Shown here in pieces: positions 20,024-28,993 of a stretch of DNA of 64,000 nt (position 1 is the first letter of the stretch; the number at the start of each line of letters is the position of its first letter). The notes under the pieces were generated by a model. That model was not told where the DNA came from and ran no database searches. It worked only from the letters and a program-made list of their open reading frames with translations. The stretch comes from Candidatus Latescibacterota bacterium (lineage in GTDB: Bacteria > Latescibacterota > UBA2968 > GCA-2709665), in NCBI GenBank assembly GCA_965226795.1, contig CBDDDZ010000005.1, forward strand, positions 576,001 to 640,000. Reading direction: 5' to 3'. The translations under genes were made by a program, and so were the position numbers.

Positions 20024-21034
20024 ATGTATCTGACAGACGAAAAAGTAGCCGTTCTGGGTGCGGCGGGAGCCATCGGCTCAAATCTCGCTCAGACCCTTCT
20101 GGCATCCGGAACCGCCAGCAGGGTTTCCTTGTTTGACCCGTTCGAACCGGGTTTGGAAGGCGCCGCCGAGGAAATCTACCACTGCGGATTTCCAGGTGCG
20201 AACGTCACCTGGACTGCGGATATCGCCGAAGCGCTTTCCGGCGCGGCCTATGTCATCAGTTCGGGCGGCGCGCCCAGAAAAGAAGGGATGACGCGCGAAG
20301 ACCTCACCCGTGACAACGGACTGATTGCGAAACAGCTCGGTCTCGACATCAAACAGTATTGTCCGGACTGCAAATTCGTCATCGTCATTTTCAACCCCGC
20401 CGATATCACCGGGCTCACCACCCTGTTGCACTCGGGGCTTCCCGCCGGAAGGGTCTCCACGCTGGCCGCCCTGGACAGCACGCGGCTCCAGACTGCCCTC
20501 GCCCAGCATTTCAGGATCCAGCAGGACCGAGTGACCGGTTGCAAGACCTACGGCGGACACGGCGAGTCGATGGCCGTATTCAAGGGCGGCACCGCCGTCA
20601 ACGGCATTCCGCTTACGGATATCCTCGCCGGCAGAACCGTCAACGGCATCGGCCTCACCCCCGAAGCCTGGAGCGGCATCCAGTCCCACGTGACCGGCGG
20701 CGGCGCCCGGATCATCCGGTTGCGCGGGCGCTCCTCCTTCCAGTCTCCCGCACAGCAGAGCGTTTTCATGTTGCGGGGGCTGTTCGGCGAACCCTACGAT
20801 TGGCCGTGCGGCGCATACGTGAACAACGGCGAGTTCAGTAACATCATGATGGCCATGCCTGCGTCTCTTTCGGCCGCAGGCGTGACCAGCAGCATGCCGG
20901 AGGGCACGGAGGAAGACCTGCAGGCGCTGAGAGATTCCTACGCGCACCTCGTCGGATTGCGGGACGAGATCATCCTTGAGGGCATCCTGCCGCCAGTCTC
21001 CGAATGGGCGGACAGCAACCCGAACCTGGTATAG
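20024..21034 (+). CDS. mdh: Malate dehydrogenase
   Basis: GAAGAIG, GAPRKEGMTREDL, FNPAD, LDSTR, YGGHGE. Confidence 0.88.
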   Translation: MYLTDEKVAVLGAAGAIGSNLAQTLLASGTASRVSLFDPFEPGLEGAAEEIYHCGFPGANVTWTADIAEALSGAAYVISSGGAPRKEGMTREDLTRDNGLIAKQLGLDIKQYCPDCKFVIVIFNPADITGLTTLLHSGLPAGRVSTLAALDSTRLQTALAQHFRIQQDRVTGCKTYGGHGESMAVFKGGTAVNGIPLTDILAGRTVNGIGLTPEAWSGIQSHVTGGGARIIRLRGRSSFQSPAQQSVFMLRGLFGEPYDWPCGAYVNNGEFSNIMMAMPASLSAAGVTSSMPEGTEEDLQALRDSYAHLVGLRDEIILEGILPPVSEWADSNPNLV

Positions 21035-21058
21035 TATCGGAAGAAATGTCGCACGTCG

Positions 21059-21090
21059 AAGGGGCGCCCGTCGGGTTGCCCCTTTTCGTT
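21059..21090 (+). terminator. Putative intrinsic terminator after mdh
   Basis: Imperfect GGGGCGCCCG/CGGGTTGCCCC hairpin followed by TTTTCGTT. Confidence 0.5.
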
Positions 21091-21175
21091 TGCCGTGATT
21101 GCGCTTTTTCGTTATTTTCCGTCCACGACCGGCCGAACCCGGGGCTTTTTTCATTCCCATCGTCGAGGAACTCAC

Positions 21176-22327
21176 GTGCCCGCGCCATACGATATGCTCA
21201 TTAAAGGCGGTACCGTTATCGACCCGGCGCAGGACCTGCACGCAGTCCGGGACGTGGGCATAGCGGGCGGGCGTGTTGCCGCAGTGGACGATGAGATCTA
21301 CGAGGAGACGGCGCAGACCGTGATCGACGCCGCCGGCTACCTGGTGACGCCCGGTCTGATCGATCTGCACGTCCACGTCTGGTGGGGGGTATCGCACTAC
21401 GGCGTGGAGCCGGACCCCACGTGCCTGGCCAGAGGCGTGACCACCGTCTATGACACCGGTTCCTCGGGCGCCGACACGTTTCCCGGATTCAAGAAGTACG
21501 TGATCGACGCCAGCGCCACCCGCATCAAGGCCTTCCTGCACCTCTCCTCCCAGGGCATGTTATCGGCCGATACCGGCGAACTCACCGATCTCCGGTTCGC
21601 CGACGTGGGCCGCGCTGTACGGATGTGTGAAGAACACAAAGACGACATTGTCGGCGTCAAGATCCGAATGACGACGAACCTGGTCGGCGAGAACGGTAAA
21701 GAAGGCCTGAAACGGGCGCGCCAGGTCTGCGACGCCACCGGTCTCCCGCTGATGATCCATCCCAACGCCAGCCCTGTCTCTTTCGAAGACATGATGGACG
21801 AACTACGCCCGGGAGATATCGTCACCCACTGCTTTCATCAGAGCGGCACCGGCATTCTGGACGATTCAGGCGCGGTCCGACCTGCCGCTCGCAGGGCAGC
21901 GCAGAACGGGATCCTGTTCGACGTGGGCCACGGCCAGGGCAGCTTTGCGTTCGACGTTGCCGAGGCGGCGATGTCCCAGGACTTCCCCCCGGGAACCATT
22001 TCCAGCGACCTCCACGTCTACAATCTGAACGGGCCCGTATACGACCTCGTCACCACCGTCTCCAAATTTCTCGTATTGGGCCTCTCGCCGGACCAGGCCC
22101 TCGAGAAAGTAACCGCGGCCCCGGCGCGCGCCATGGGCATGCTTGGCGACATCGGAACGCTGTCGTCCTGGCGCGACGGCGGACCTTGCCATCCTCGAAC
22201 TCAAATCGGGCAGCTTCGTTTTCTCCGATGCACTGGGATCGGACCCGTTCCGGCCGAACAGAAACTCCAACCGGTTTCCACCATCCGCGGCGGCCGGCTG
22301 TACGCGCCGTCGGCTTTCGACGATTGA
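21176..22327 (+). CDS. Amidohydrolase/dihydroorotase-like metallohydrolase, with a locally frameshifted segment near the C-terminus
   Basis: PGLIDLHVH, GVTTVYDTGS, GDIVTHCF, DVGHGQGSF, ISSDLH. The expected RPGATADLAILE segment lies in the +1 frame at 22164-22238. Confidence 0.85.
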   Translation: MPAPYDMLIKGGTVIDPAQDLHAVRDVGIAGGRVAAVDDEIYEETAQTVIDAAGYLVTPGLIDLHVHVWWGVSHYGVEPDPTCLARGVTTVYDTGSSGADTFPGFKKYVIDASATRIKAFLHLSSQGMLSADTGELTDLRFADVGRAVRMCEEHKDDIVGVKIRMTTNLVGENGKEGLKRARQVCDATGLPLMIHPNASPVSFEDMMDELRPGDIVTHCFHQSGTGILDDSGAVRPAARRAAQNGILFDVGHGQGSFAFDVAEAAMSQDFPPGTISSDLHVYNLNGPVYDLVTTVSKFLVLGLSPDQALEKVTAAPARAMGMLGDIGTLSSWRDGGPCHPRTQIGQLRFLRCTGIGPVPAEQKLQPVSTIRGGRLYAPSAFDD

Positions 22328-22343
22328 CCCCGGAGACGACCCT

Positions 22344-23126
22344 ATGAATATAATGGTATTGTGCGACCTCGAAGGAGCCGCCGGCGTTGTGGACTTCCAC
22401 ACGCAGACCTACGACAACACGCGCTACAACGACCAGGCGAAGAACCTGTCCACCCTGGAAATCAACGCGCTTGTGGACGGCGCCCTCGAGGGCGGGGCGG
22501 ACCAGGTGATCGTCCTGGACGGACACGGCAGCGGCGGTATCAACATCGAACTGATCCACTACGAAGCCAGGGTGATGTTCGGCCGTCCGCTGGTCTCCGC
22601 GTGGGACCTCGGCATCGACTTCAAGGCCATGTTTCTGTATGGTCACCATGCCATGGAAAACACGCCCAAGGGCGTGCTTTGCCACAGCTGGAGTTCGCGC
22701 GATATTGCCAACTGCTGGCTGAATGGAGAGCTCATCGGCGAAATCGGGTTCAATATCGCCCGCGCCGGGGAGGCTGGCGTGCCCACGGCGTTTATCAGCG
22801 GAGACCGGGCAGCGATAGACGAAGCAAGAGAGTACGTGGGGAATATCGAAGGCGTCGTCGTCAAGGAGGGGCTCAGCCGTACCGCGGCGCTCACGCTCTC
22901 TCCCGCAAAGGCCCGGGACCTCATCCGCAAAGGCGCAAAGCGTACGATGGACCGCATCGGGGAGTTCGTCCCGTGCAGCGTTCCGGGTCCCTACACCTTT
23001 GTCACGGAGTATCAGGCCGCATCCAGCGCCGCGTCAAAGTCCTCCCGCCGCGACGTCGAGCGGGTCGATACCCACACCGTCAGAATAACCGGCGACACGC
23101 TCGCCGAAATCGCGGAAAAAAGATAA
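22344..23126 (+). CDS. M55 family D-aminopeptidase (DppA-like)
   Basis: DLEG, DGHG, GHHA, LCHSW, GEIG, SGD, VKEG motifs. Confidence 0.88.
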   Translation: MNIMVLCDLEGAAGVVDFHTQTYDNTRYNDQAKNLSTLEINALVDGALEGGADQVIVLDGHGSGGINIELIHYEARVMFGRPLVSAWDLGIDFKAMFLYGHHAMENTPKGVLCHSWSSRDIANCWLNGELIGEIGFNIARAGEAGVPTAFISGDRAAIDEAREYVGNIEGVVVKEGLSRTAALTLSPAKARDLIRKGAKRTMDRIGEFVPCSVPGPYTFVTEYQAASSAASKSSRRDVERVDTHTVRITGDTLAEIAEKR

Positions 23127-23149
23127 ACGTGCGTTTAAAGGAACTCTGA

Positions 23150-24247
23150 ATGAGCTACTCTCCCGTCGGGTTCGACAAGTGGGACCTGGATACGCCTGCC
23201 CTGATGCTCGACCTGGACCTTCTGGAGAACAACATCGCCCGAATCGCCGCTCGGTGCAAAGCCTGCGGCGTTCGCTGGCGTCCGCATACCAAGGGAAACA
23301 AAACGCCCGCCATTGCGCACAAACTGCTCGACGCGGGAGCCATCGGTATCACCTGCGCCAAACTCGGTGAAGCCGAAGTCATGGCCGCTTCGGGTATCAA
23401 GGACATCCTGGTTGCCAACCAGGTCGTGGGCGAAAGAAAAATGGCCCGCCTGACCCATCTGCAGCGGCATGCAGACGTCATGGTAGCCGTCGATCACCCC
23501 GTCCACGTCAATATGATCTCGGAAGCGGCGCAGGCCGTGGGTGTCAGCGTGCGGGTCCTTGTCGAACTGGACATAGGGATGGGGCGCTGCGGGGTGGGGC
23601 CGGGGAAGCCCGCCCTGGAACTGGCGCAACGGGCCCAGGTTGCGCCCGGCGTGGTATTCTCGGGCCTGATGGGCTACGAGGGCCAGGCGATGGATCTGCC
23701 CGACAGGGAGAAAGAAACCGCATGCGCCGACGCCATCGCCCATCTTGCGGTATCGAGGGAGTGCATTGAGGCGTCGGGCATCGAATGCCCGATCGTCAGT
23801 GCAGGCGGAACCGGAACGCTGGCCTACACGCCGGACTGCCCGGGCCTCACCGAGATCCAGGCCGGCGGCGGCATCATGATGGACACCTTCTATGCCACGG
23901 CGCTGGGCGTCAGAGGACTGGATCACGCCCTTTCAATTCTTGCCACCGTGGTCAGCCGCCCCGCCCCGGACCGGGCCTATATGGACGCCGGTCGAAAAAC
24001 CACCACCTCCCAGTTCGGCCTGCCCTGGGTCAAAGGCAGGGACGGCATCGACGTTGTCGGCCTCTCGGCGGAACACGGTTATCTGGAACTAAAGGGCGCC
24101 GATCACCCATTGAAAATCGGCGACAAGATCGAACTCATTTCCGGTTATAGCGACATGACGGTTTTCCTGCACAACGAGATCTACGGCATTCGCAACGACC
24201 GTGTGGAAGCCGTCTGGGACATCCTCGGCAGGGGCAAATTGCAATGA
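23150..24247 (+). CDS. DSD1/D-threonine aldolase family PLP enzyme (alanine-racemase fold)
   Basis: LDTPAL, RPHTK (PLP Lys), GMGRCG, MGYEG, EIQAG, DAGRK, SAEHG. Confidence 0.88.
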   Translation: MSYSPVGFDKWDLDTPALMLDLDLLENNIARIAARCKACGVRWRPHTKGNKTPAIAHKLLDAGAIGITCAKLGEAEVMAASGIKDILVANQVVGERKMARLTHLQRHADVMVAVDHPVHVNMISEAAQAVGVSVRVLVELDIGMGRCGVGPGKPALELAQRAQVAPGVVFSGLMGYEGQAMDLPDREKETACADAIAHLAVSRECIEASGIECPIVSAGGTGTLAYTPDCPGLTEIQAGGGIMMDTFYATALGVRGLDHALSILATVVSRPAPDRAYMDAGRKTTTSQFGLPWVKGRDGIDVVGLSAEHGYLELKGADHPLKIGDKIELISGYSDMTVFLHNEIYGIRNDRVEAVWDILGRGKLQ

Positions 24248-24456
24248 GCGGAAACAAGCCGCGTGTTGTGGTGGACCAGGCCGGTAACCGCGTCGCCGTT
24301 ATCCTGGACGTCGACGAATACAACCGCCTCCTGGAGGCATCCGAACGGCTGGAATCCCTCCGCGCGCAGGAAACGGATACGGAGTCCGGCCCGGCCTATA
24401 CCCCGGAAGAAAAGAAGCTGATGGAAGACCGCCTTAAGTCTCTGGGCTATCTTTAA
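24244..24456 (+). CDS. 70-aa protein: antitoxin-like N-terminus + C-terminal RLKSLGYL tail
   Basis: ATGA overlap with the upstream gene; VVDQAGNRVAVILDVDEYNRLLE followed by YTPEEKKLMEDRLKSLGYL. Confidence 0.75.
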   Translation: MSGNKPRVVVDQAGNRVAVILDVDEYNRLLEASERLESLRAQETDTESGPAYTPEEKKLMEDRLKSLGYL

Positions 24457-24508
24457 GGGTTCTCTCACCATCCCACCTCTGCATTTCGCACGTGGCTGGC
24501 GCGATCGA

Positions 24509-25093
24509 ATGAGTCCCATGGCCGATCCCGACGCGATCGTCGTCGTCTCCGGGCTGCCGCGTTCAGGCACCTCGATGATGATGCAGATGCTTGAATCGGG
24601 CGGAATGGACGCCCTGACAGACGGGCTGAGAATCGCCGACGAAGACAATCTCAAAGGTTATTTCGAATACGAGAAGGTCAAGGCGCTGAAGACGGATCAG
24701 AGCTGGCTGCCGGAGGCAAGGGGCAAGGCCGTAAAAATCATCTCCGAACTGCTGAAGTACCTTCCCCATACACATACCTACAGGATCATCTTCATGCGGC
24801 GGGCGCTGGAGGAAGTCCTCGCCTCACAGGACCGGATGTTGATCCGGCGGGGCGTGCAGCCAGGCGGGCAGGCGGACGAGGAAATAGCGCGGGTTTTCCG
24901 CAAGCATCTTCAACACACGGAAACCTTGCTGTCAGAACGACCCTTCATCCGGACCCTCTATACCGAATACCGACGGATCCTGGCGGATCCCGCCCGGGAG
25001 GCGCATCGTATCAACGCGTTTCTGAACAACTGCCTCGATGAATCGGCCATGGCCGCCGCCATAGACGCTTCTCTCTATCGCCAGCGCCGATAG
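24509..25093 (+). CDS. Sulfotransferase family protein
   Basis: PAPS-binding loop SGLPRSGTSMMMQML, DNLKGYFE, IFMRR..EEVLASQ. Confidence 0.85.
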   Translation: MSPMADPDAIVVVSGLPRSGTSMMMQMLESGGMDALTDGLRIADEDNLKGYFEYEKVKALKTDQSWLPEARGKAVKIISELLKYLPHTHTYRIIFMRRALEEVLASQDRMLIRRGVQPGGQADEEIARVFRKHLQHTETLLSERPFIRTLYTEYRRILADPAREAHRINAFLNNCLDESAMAAAIDASLYRQRR

Positions 25094-25124
25094 CTCCCTG
25101 TTTTCCCCCGAAAACCCACCACAA

Positions 25125-25154
25125 GGCGACCCGGACCGGTCGCCATTTTCATTT
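25125..25154 (+). terminator. Intrinsic terminator after the sulfotransferase
   Basis: GGCGACC-CGGACC-GGTCGCC followed by ATTTTCATTT. Confidence 0.55.
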
Positions 25155-25159
25155 ATCGC

Positions 25160-25266
25160 CCAGGAGCGTCCCGAAAGCCGGTAGACGGTTCTGCTGCCGG
25201 CGGTCGTGCGCGACCTGGAAGGGGCTCACGACGAGCGGGATCGCAGAGAATAGAGGTCCCAACCGT
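25160..25266 (+). ncRNA. Candidate structured RNA (unassigned)
   Basis: Closing stem ACGGTT(25185-90)/AACCGT(25261-66) encloses hairpins GGTCG-TGCG-CGACC, GCTC-ACGAC-GAGC and GGGATC/GGTCCC; followed directly by a terminator. Confidence 0.4.
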
Positions 25267-25275
25267 AATTGAATT

Positions 25276-25310
25276 AAGAGCGGAGCCGGAGTTACCGGCT
25301 CCGCTCTTTT
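25276..25310 (+). terminator. Strong intrinsic terminator
   Basis: Perfect 14-bp arms AAGAGCGGAGCCGG-AGTTA-CCGGCTCCGCTCTT followed by TT. Confidence 0.8.
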
Positions 25311-25543
25311 GGTGTGTATCGCGTAAGGCCGGGGCCTTGCCGACGGCGCGCGCGATTTTGTTACCAAAAAACCATTATAACAAGGTGTTTTTCCACAGAT
25401 AAATCACGAACAAATCGTTAAAATAATACAGCTATCCGCGATGGGGGCGTGCGCGGGTCCAGGCGTTTTTGAGGGATGCGGTTCAATTGCCGGTTTGAGT
25501 GATGTCTCGATAGGATTCTACTTATCTCGATGGGAGGGGTATC

Positions 25544-26264
25544 GTGCTGAAAGCAACGTGCGGACGTGGTTTTTCCTGTTTGGTTTCCTGTGGGTGTGTG
25601 GTCGGCCTTGTGTGTCGCAGATGGTGTCACCTCTGTGGATGTGTGTTTGTGTCGTTGCTGTTGACGGTGTATGCGTCGCCGGTGTTCTCACAGGGCGGTG
25701 ATGCGCCGACGGATCTGGGCGCGTCTGCAGATGGTGGCCACTACGTGCTACTGACGTGGGCGGCCCCTGCCGAGGATGCCGGCGCCGCTGACCGTGGACG
25801 TCCTGGATCTGTGGGAGGCGGTGGATGCGCCGATTCTGAGCGTGTTTGTCACTGCCTCCGGCGGCCAGCCGCCCTACAGGTATTCGCTGTCCGGCGGTCC
25901 GACGGGTCTCTCCCTGAACTCGACGACCGGGGAGTTTACCGGCGAGGTGGATCAGACCGGGACGTGGAACGCGACGGTCAAGGTGACCGACGCGGACAGC
26001 CGCAGCAAGTCGGCAAGTATCACGATCACGATCTACCTGCCTGGTGATTTCAACGGCGACGGGAGGGCCGATGCGACCGACTCCAAGTTATTCAATAAGA
26101 AGATGGGGCTTCGCAGGTCGGATGCGGGGTATGACCGGCGTATGGATATGAACGACGGCATCATCAACTGGGCCGATTTCGTTATCCTGACCCGCCATAT
26201 CGAACGCGTCGCGTCGTCGGGCGGTGGGAGTGGATCCGGCGGTTCGGGCGACACAGGCAATTGA
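25544..26264 (+). pseudogene. Decayed surface protein: signal peptide/FN3 start joined out of frame to an Ig-like domain + dockerin-like domain
   Basis: One frame gives a signal peptide and APTDL...LTWAAPAEDA. Near 25780 the sense shifts frame to ASGGQPPYRYSLSG..GLSLNSTTGEFTG...PGDFNGDGRAD...DGIINWADF. Confidence 0.7.
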
Positions 26265-26326
26265 ACCCCGGAAAGAGAGTGTGGGTGAAGAGGTATGGTG
26301 ATTGAGCCGAAAGGGGTGATGCTGGT

Positions 26327-28164
26327 ATGAAGAGACAGTGTGTACATCGTTTGCCTGCATCGTTGTGGCTGGCGGCCGGCTTTTTGGCGTTCCTGTGTCA
26401 GGCGTCTGTGGTTTCGCATGCGTCGTCGCCGTCTGCCGAGGGTGAGCACTACTGCGCGGCGGCGGAATACGAGGCGTGGTTGCGTGACAATCCTCCGCCT
26501 GCGGGGAAGGTGGCGGCGCAAATCAGCTCATGGGACCGCAATCGGCGCACGGTGCGTATGATCTACTTCCATCCCGCCGGCACCGAATTTAGTGAAAACG
26601 TGGTGGACTCGATGAAAGCGGTGATACGCGTGGCGCAGACCTTTTACGGGGAGCAGATGGCTGCGCACGGGTACGGCAGCAGGACCTTCCGTATAGAGAC
26701 CGATGCGGATGGCGAGCCGCTGGTGCATCACGTGACCGGGCAACACGAGGCCGGTCACTACCAGGGAAGCGATGATTATCAGTACAAGCTTAATATGGAC
26801 CTTCGACAGCGTTTCAATTTCTCCAACAACGTCTACGTCGTTTTTGTGGACCACATTGAAATACCGGGAGTTGGGGGATGGGGGGGGCGATGGGAAAGCA
26901 TGGAGGGAGTGCGATGGTGAAAGTCAGAAGTGGATATCAAGGTAGGATTCACTCGTTCAAGAATCTCTTGCTAATAGTGGCCCATGAACTTGGCCATGCC
27001 TTCGGGTTGGATCACGATTTTCGCGACCGCGACAACGTGATGTCATACGGACGGCCGCATAGGATATCGGCGTGTGCTGCGGCCTCTCTGTCGGTGCATC
27101 CGTATTTCAACGATGATATCCCGCTTGAAGAGGAATCCTTGCCCACCTTCGAAGTCATTTCGTCCGACAGGTATCCATCAGGGGCGACGGGCCTGTCCGC
27201 GCGAATCAAGGTAAGCGATGCGGAAGGGGTTCATCAGGTGTTGCTGCAGGACGCTGTCAGAGTTCATGGTTCAATCCTGACGTGCCAGGTGCTGTCCGGC
27301 GAGAAAGATGCCGTCGTCGAATTCGAGTATGATTTTCTTGAAATTCCAGGTTGGGGTCGTGAAGGGTTGTTACAGCGTGTGGTACACCAATTTTACGTCG
27401 ACGTCACCGATATCCACGGGAATGATGAAAGTGGCTACTTAAGGTATGTCGAGGTCTCCAAACACCAGGTTGCCGTCTTGGAGGGGCACGGTGCTTGGGT
27501 CGGGTCTGTGGCGTTTTCGCCGGATGGGACGACCCTGGCGTCCGGGTCTAGTGATGGCACGGCCAAACTATGGGACGTGGCGTCGCAGGAAGAGATCGCC
27601 ACGCTGTATCCGCACGGTTATCAGGTCTCTTCCGTGGATTTTTCGCCGGATGGGACGATCCTGGCTGGCACGGCGGGGAGTGACATCATGCTGTGGGACG
27701 TGGCTTCCGGTGAAGTGATCGCCACGATCAGTGGCGATCACTATGGGCTCAGGTCTGTGGTGTTTTCACCGGATGGGACGACACTGGCTGCCGCGCGGCG
27801 GGGTACGATCGTACTGTGGGACGTGGCGTCCCGGGAAGCGATCGCCACGCTGGAGGGTCACAGTGATGTGGTCAGGTCTGTGGCGTTCTCACCCGACGGG
27901 ACCACGTTGGCTGCCGGCTCAACAGACGGCAAGATTGTGATGTGGGATATGTCGCCGTACTTCGCGCCTGTCTACCGCAGCGCCGACCTTGACGGCGACA
28001 GCGAGGTGGGGTTTTCCGACTTCGTTAAGTTCACCGCGAAGTTCGGAACGAGCCGCGGCCAGGCGGGGTACGACGCGCGCTGCGACCTCGACTGGGACGG
28101 AACCATCGGGTTCGCGGACTTTCTCATCTTCGCGAATGCCTTCGGCAAGGCGGCGGCGACGTGA
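26327..28164 (+). pseudogene. Secreted metzincin-like Zn peptidase + WD40 repeats + C-terminal dockerin-like domain; split by a frameshift at a G8 tract (26880-26887)
   Basis: ORFs 26327..26920 and 26878..28164 join if G8 becomes G9. Motifs HELGHAFGLDH, Met-turn NVMSY, SVAFSPDG..WD repeats, DLDGDSEVGFSDF/DLDWDGTIGFADF. Confidence 0.82.
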
Positions 28165-28201
28165 GACGCGCACGCCCGCACTGTGAGGAAGGCTCTGTGA
28201 A

Positions 28202-28226
28202 GGTGGGGCAGACATTCCTGTCTGCC
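28202..28226 (+). repeat. REP-like palindrome GGTGGGGCAGACATTCCTGTCTGCC
   Basis: Related copies GGTGGAGCGGACATTCTTGTCTGCTC occur at about 28628 and 28926. Confidence 0.6.
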
Positions 28227-28297
28227 TGCCCCGATGCCGACGATGCCACCGCGCAAATGCGTTTACTGCGTTTCTGCCTTAAGGACAATCGAACAGA

Positions 28298-28537
28298 CGG
28301 GAGATTCTTCGCCTGCGCTCAGAATGACATGCTCTGCAATATCCATCGGCGAAACCTGTCCGTCAGGTCTTGGCACAAACTGTCATCCTGAGGAAGCCGC
28401 CAGGCTGACGAAGGATCTACTGCGGCATCGATTCACCCCTGCGCGACCTGCACGTGTACCGACCGGAAAGGCGGCACGTTTGCCTCCTGAGCAGAACGGC
28501 AGTGGCGGGAGATTCTTCGACTGTGCCCAGAATGACA
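28298..28537. repeat. Repeat family CGGGAGATTCTTCG...CAGAATGACA
   Basis: Direct copies at 28298-28329 and 28506-28537, with an inverted partner TGTCATCCTGAG...CGAAGGATCT at 28381-28418. Confidence 0.65.
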
Positions 28538-28579
28538 GGGTGTCCGATCATCGTCCGCGAAACCCTTCCGCTACACGTA

Positions 28580-28993
28580 CTTCCTCAACGTCTCGCGGAT
28601 CCGGACAAGCGACAACGACGCCTGGAAGGTGGAGCGGACATTCTTGTCTGCTCACGTACATCAACCCGAAGCCTGGAAATCCCGTGTCCGGGCACGCCAC
28701 GCGGCGACGCCGTCACCCCCAGTGGAAAAAGGACGGTGCTATCTATTAGATCACCTTTCGTCTGCATTCGGGCAGAAGAACCTCTCCCCCCTGCCCCCTC
28801 TCCTGCGAGGAGAGGGGGAGTCAAACGAAGCGTTGCGTAAATACGAGAAGGGCAGACAGGTCTGCCCTTCTCGTGCGCTTCCTCAACGTCTCGCGGATCC
28901 GGACAAGCGACAACGACGTCTGGAAGGTGGAGCGGACATTCTTGTCTGCTCACGTACATCAAACCGAATCCTGGAAATCCCGCGTACGGGCAC
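28580..28993 (+). repeat. 116-bp imperfect direct repeat (28580-28695 and 28878-28993)
   Basis: CTTCCTCAACGTCTCGCGGATCCGGACAAGCGACAACGACG...GGGCAC in both copies, with few mismatches. Confidence 0.9.
28843..28874. repeat. Perfect 15-bp-arm inverted repeat
   Basis: ACGAGAAGGGCAGAC-AG-GTCTGCCCTTCTCGT. Confidence 0.8.

Noticed and set aside
18662..21541. Long minus-strand ORFs (410 aa, 487 aa), and similarly 31550..33094
   Set aside because: Antisense to well-supported genes; expected in high-GC DNA and lacking motifs.
25185..25266. Hairpin ribozyme, NAD-II, c-di-GMP or glmS assignment for the structured RNA
   Set aside because: Only short word matches (AGAGAA, CCGAAAG); the conserved core nucleotides of these classes could not be placed.
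27480..27950. Nucleotide-level repeats as a DGR or mobile repeat
   Set aside because: Explained by WD40 coding repeats; no reverse transcriptase and no adenine-specific variation.
28371..28386. Second sigma54 promoter (TGGCAC...)
   Set aside because: No TTGC at the -12 position.
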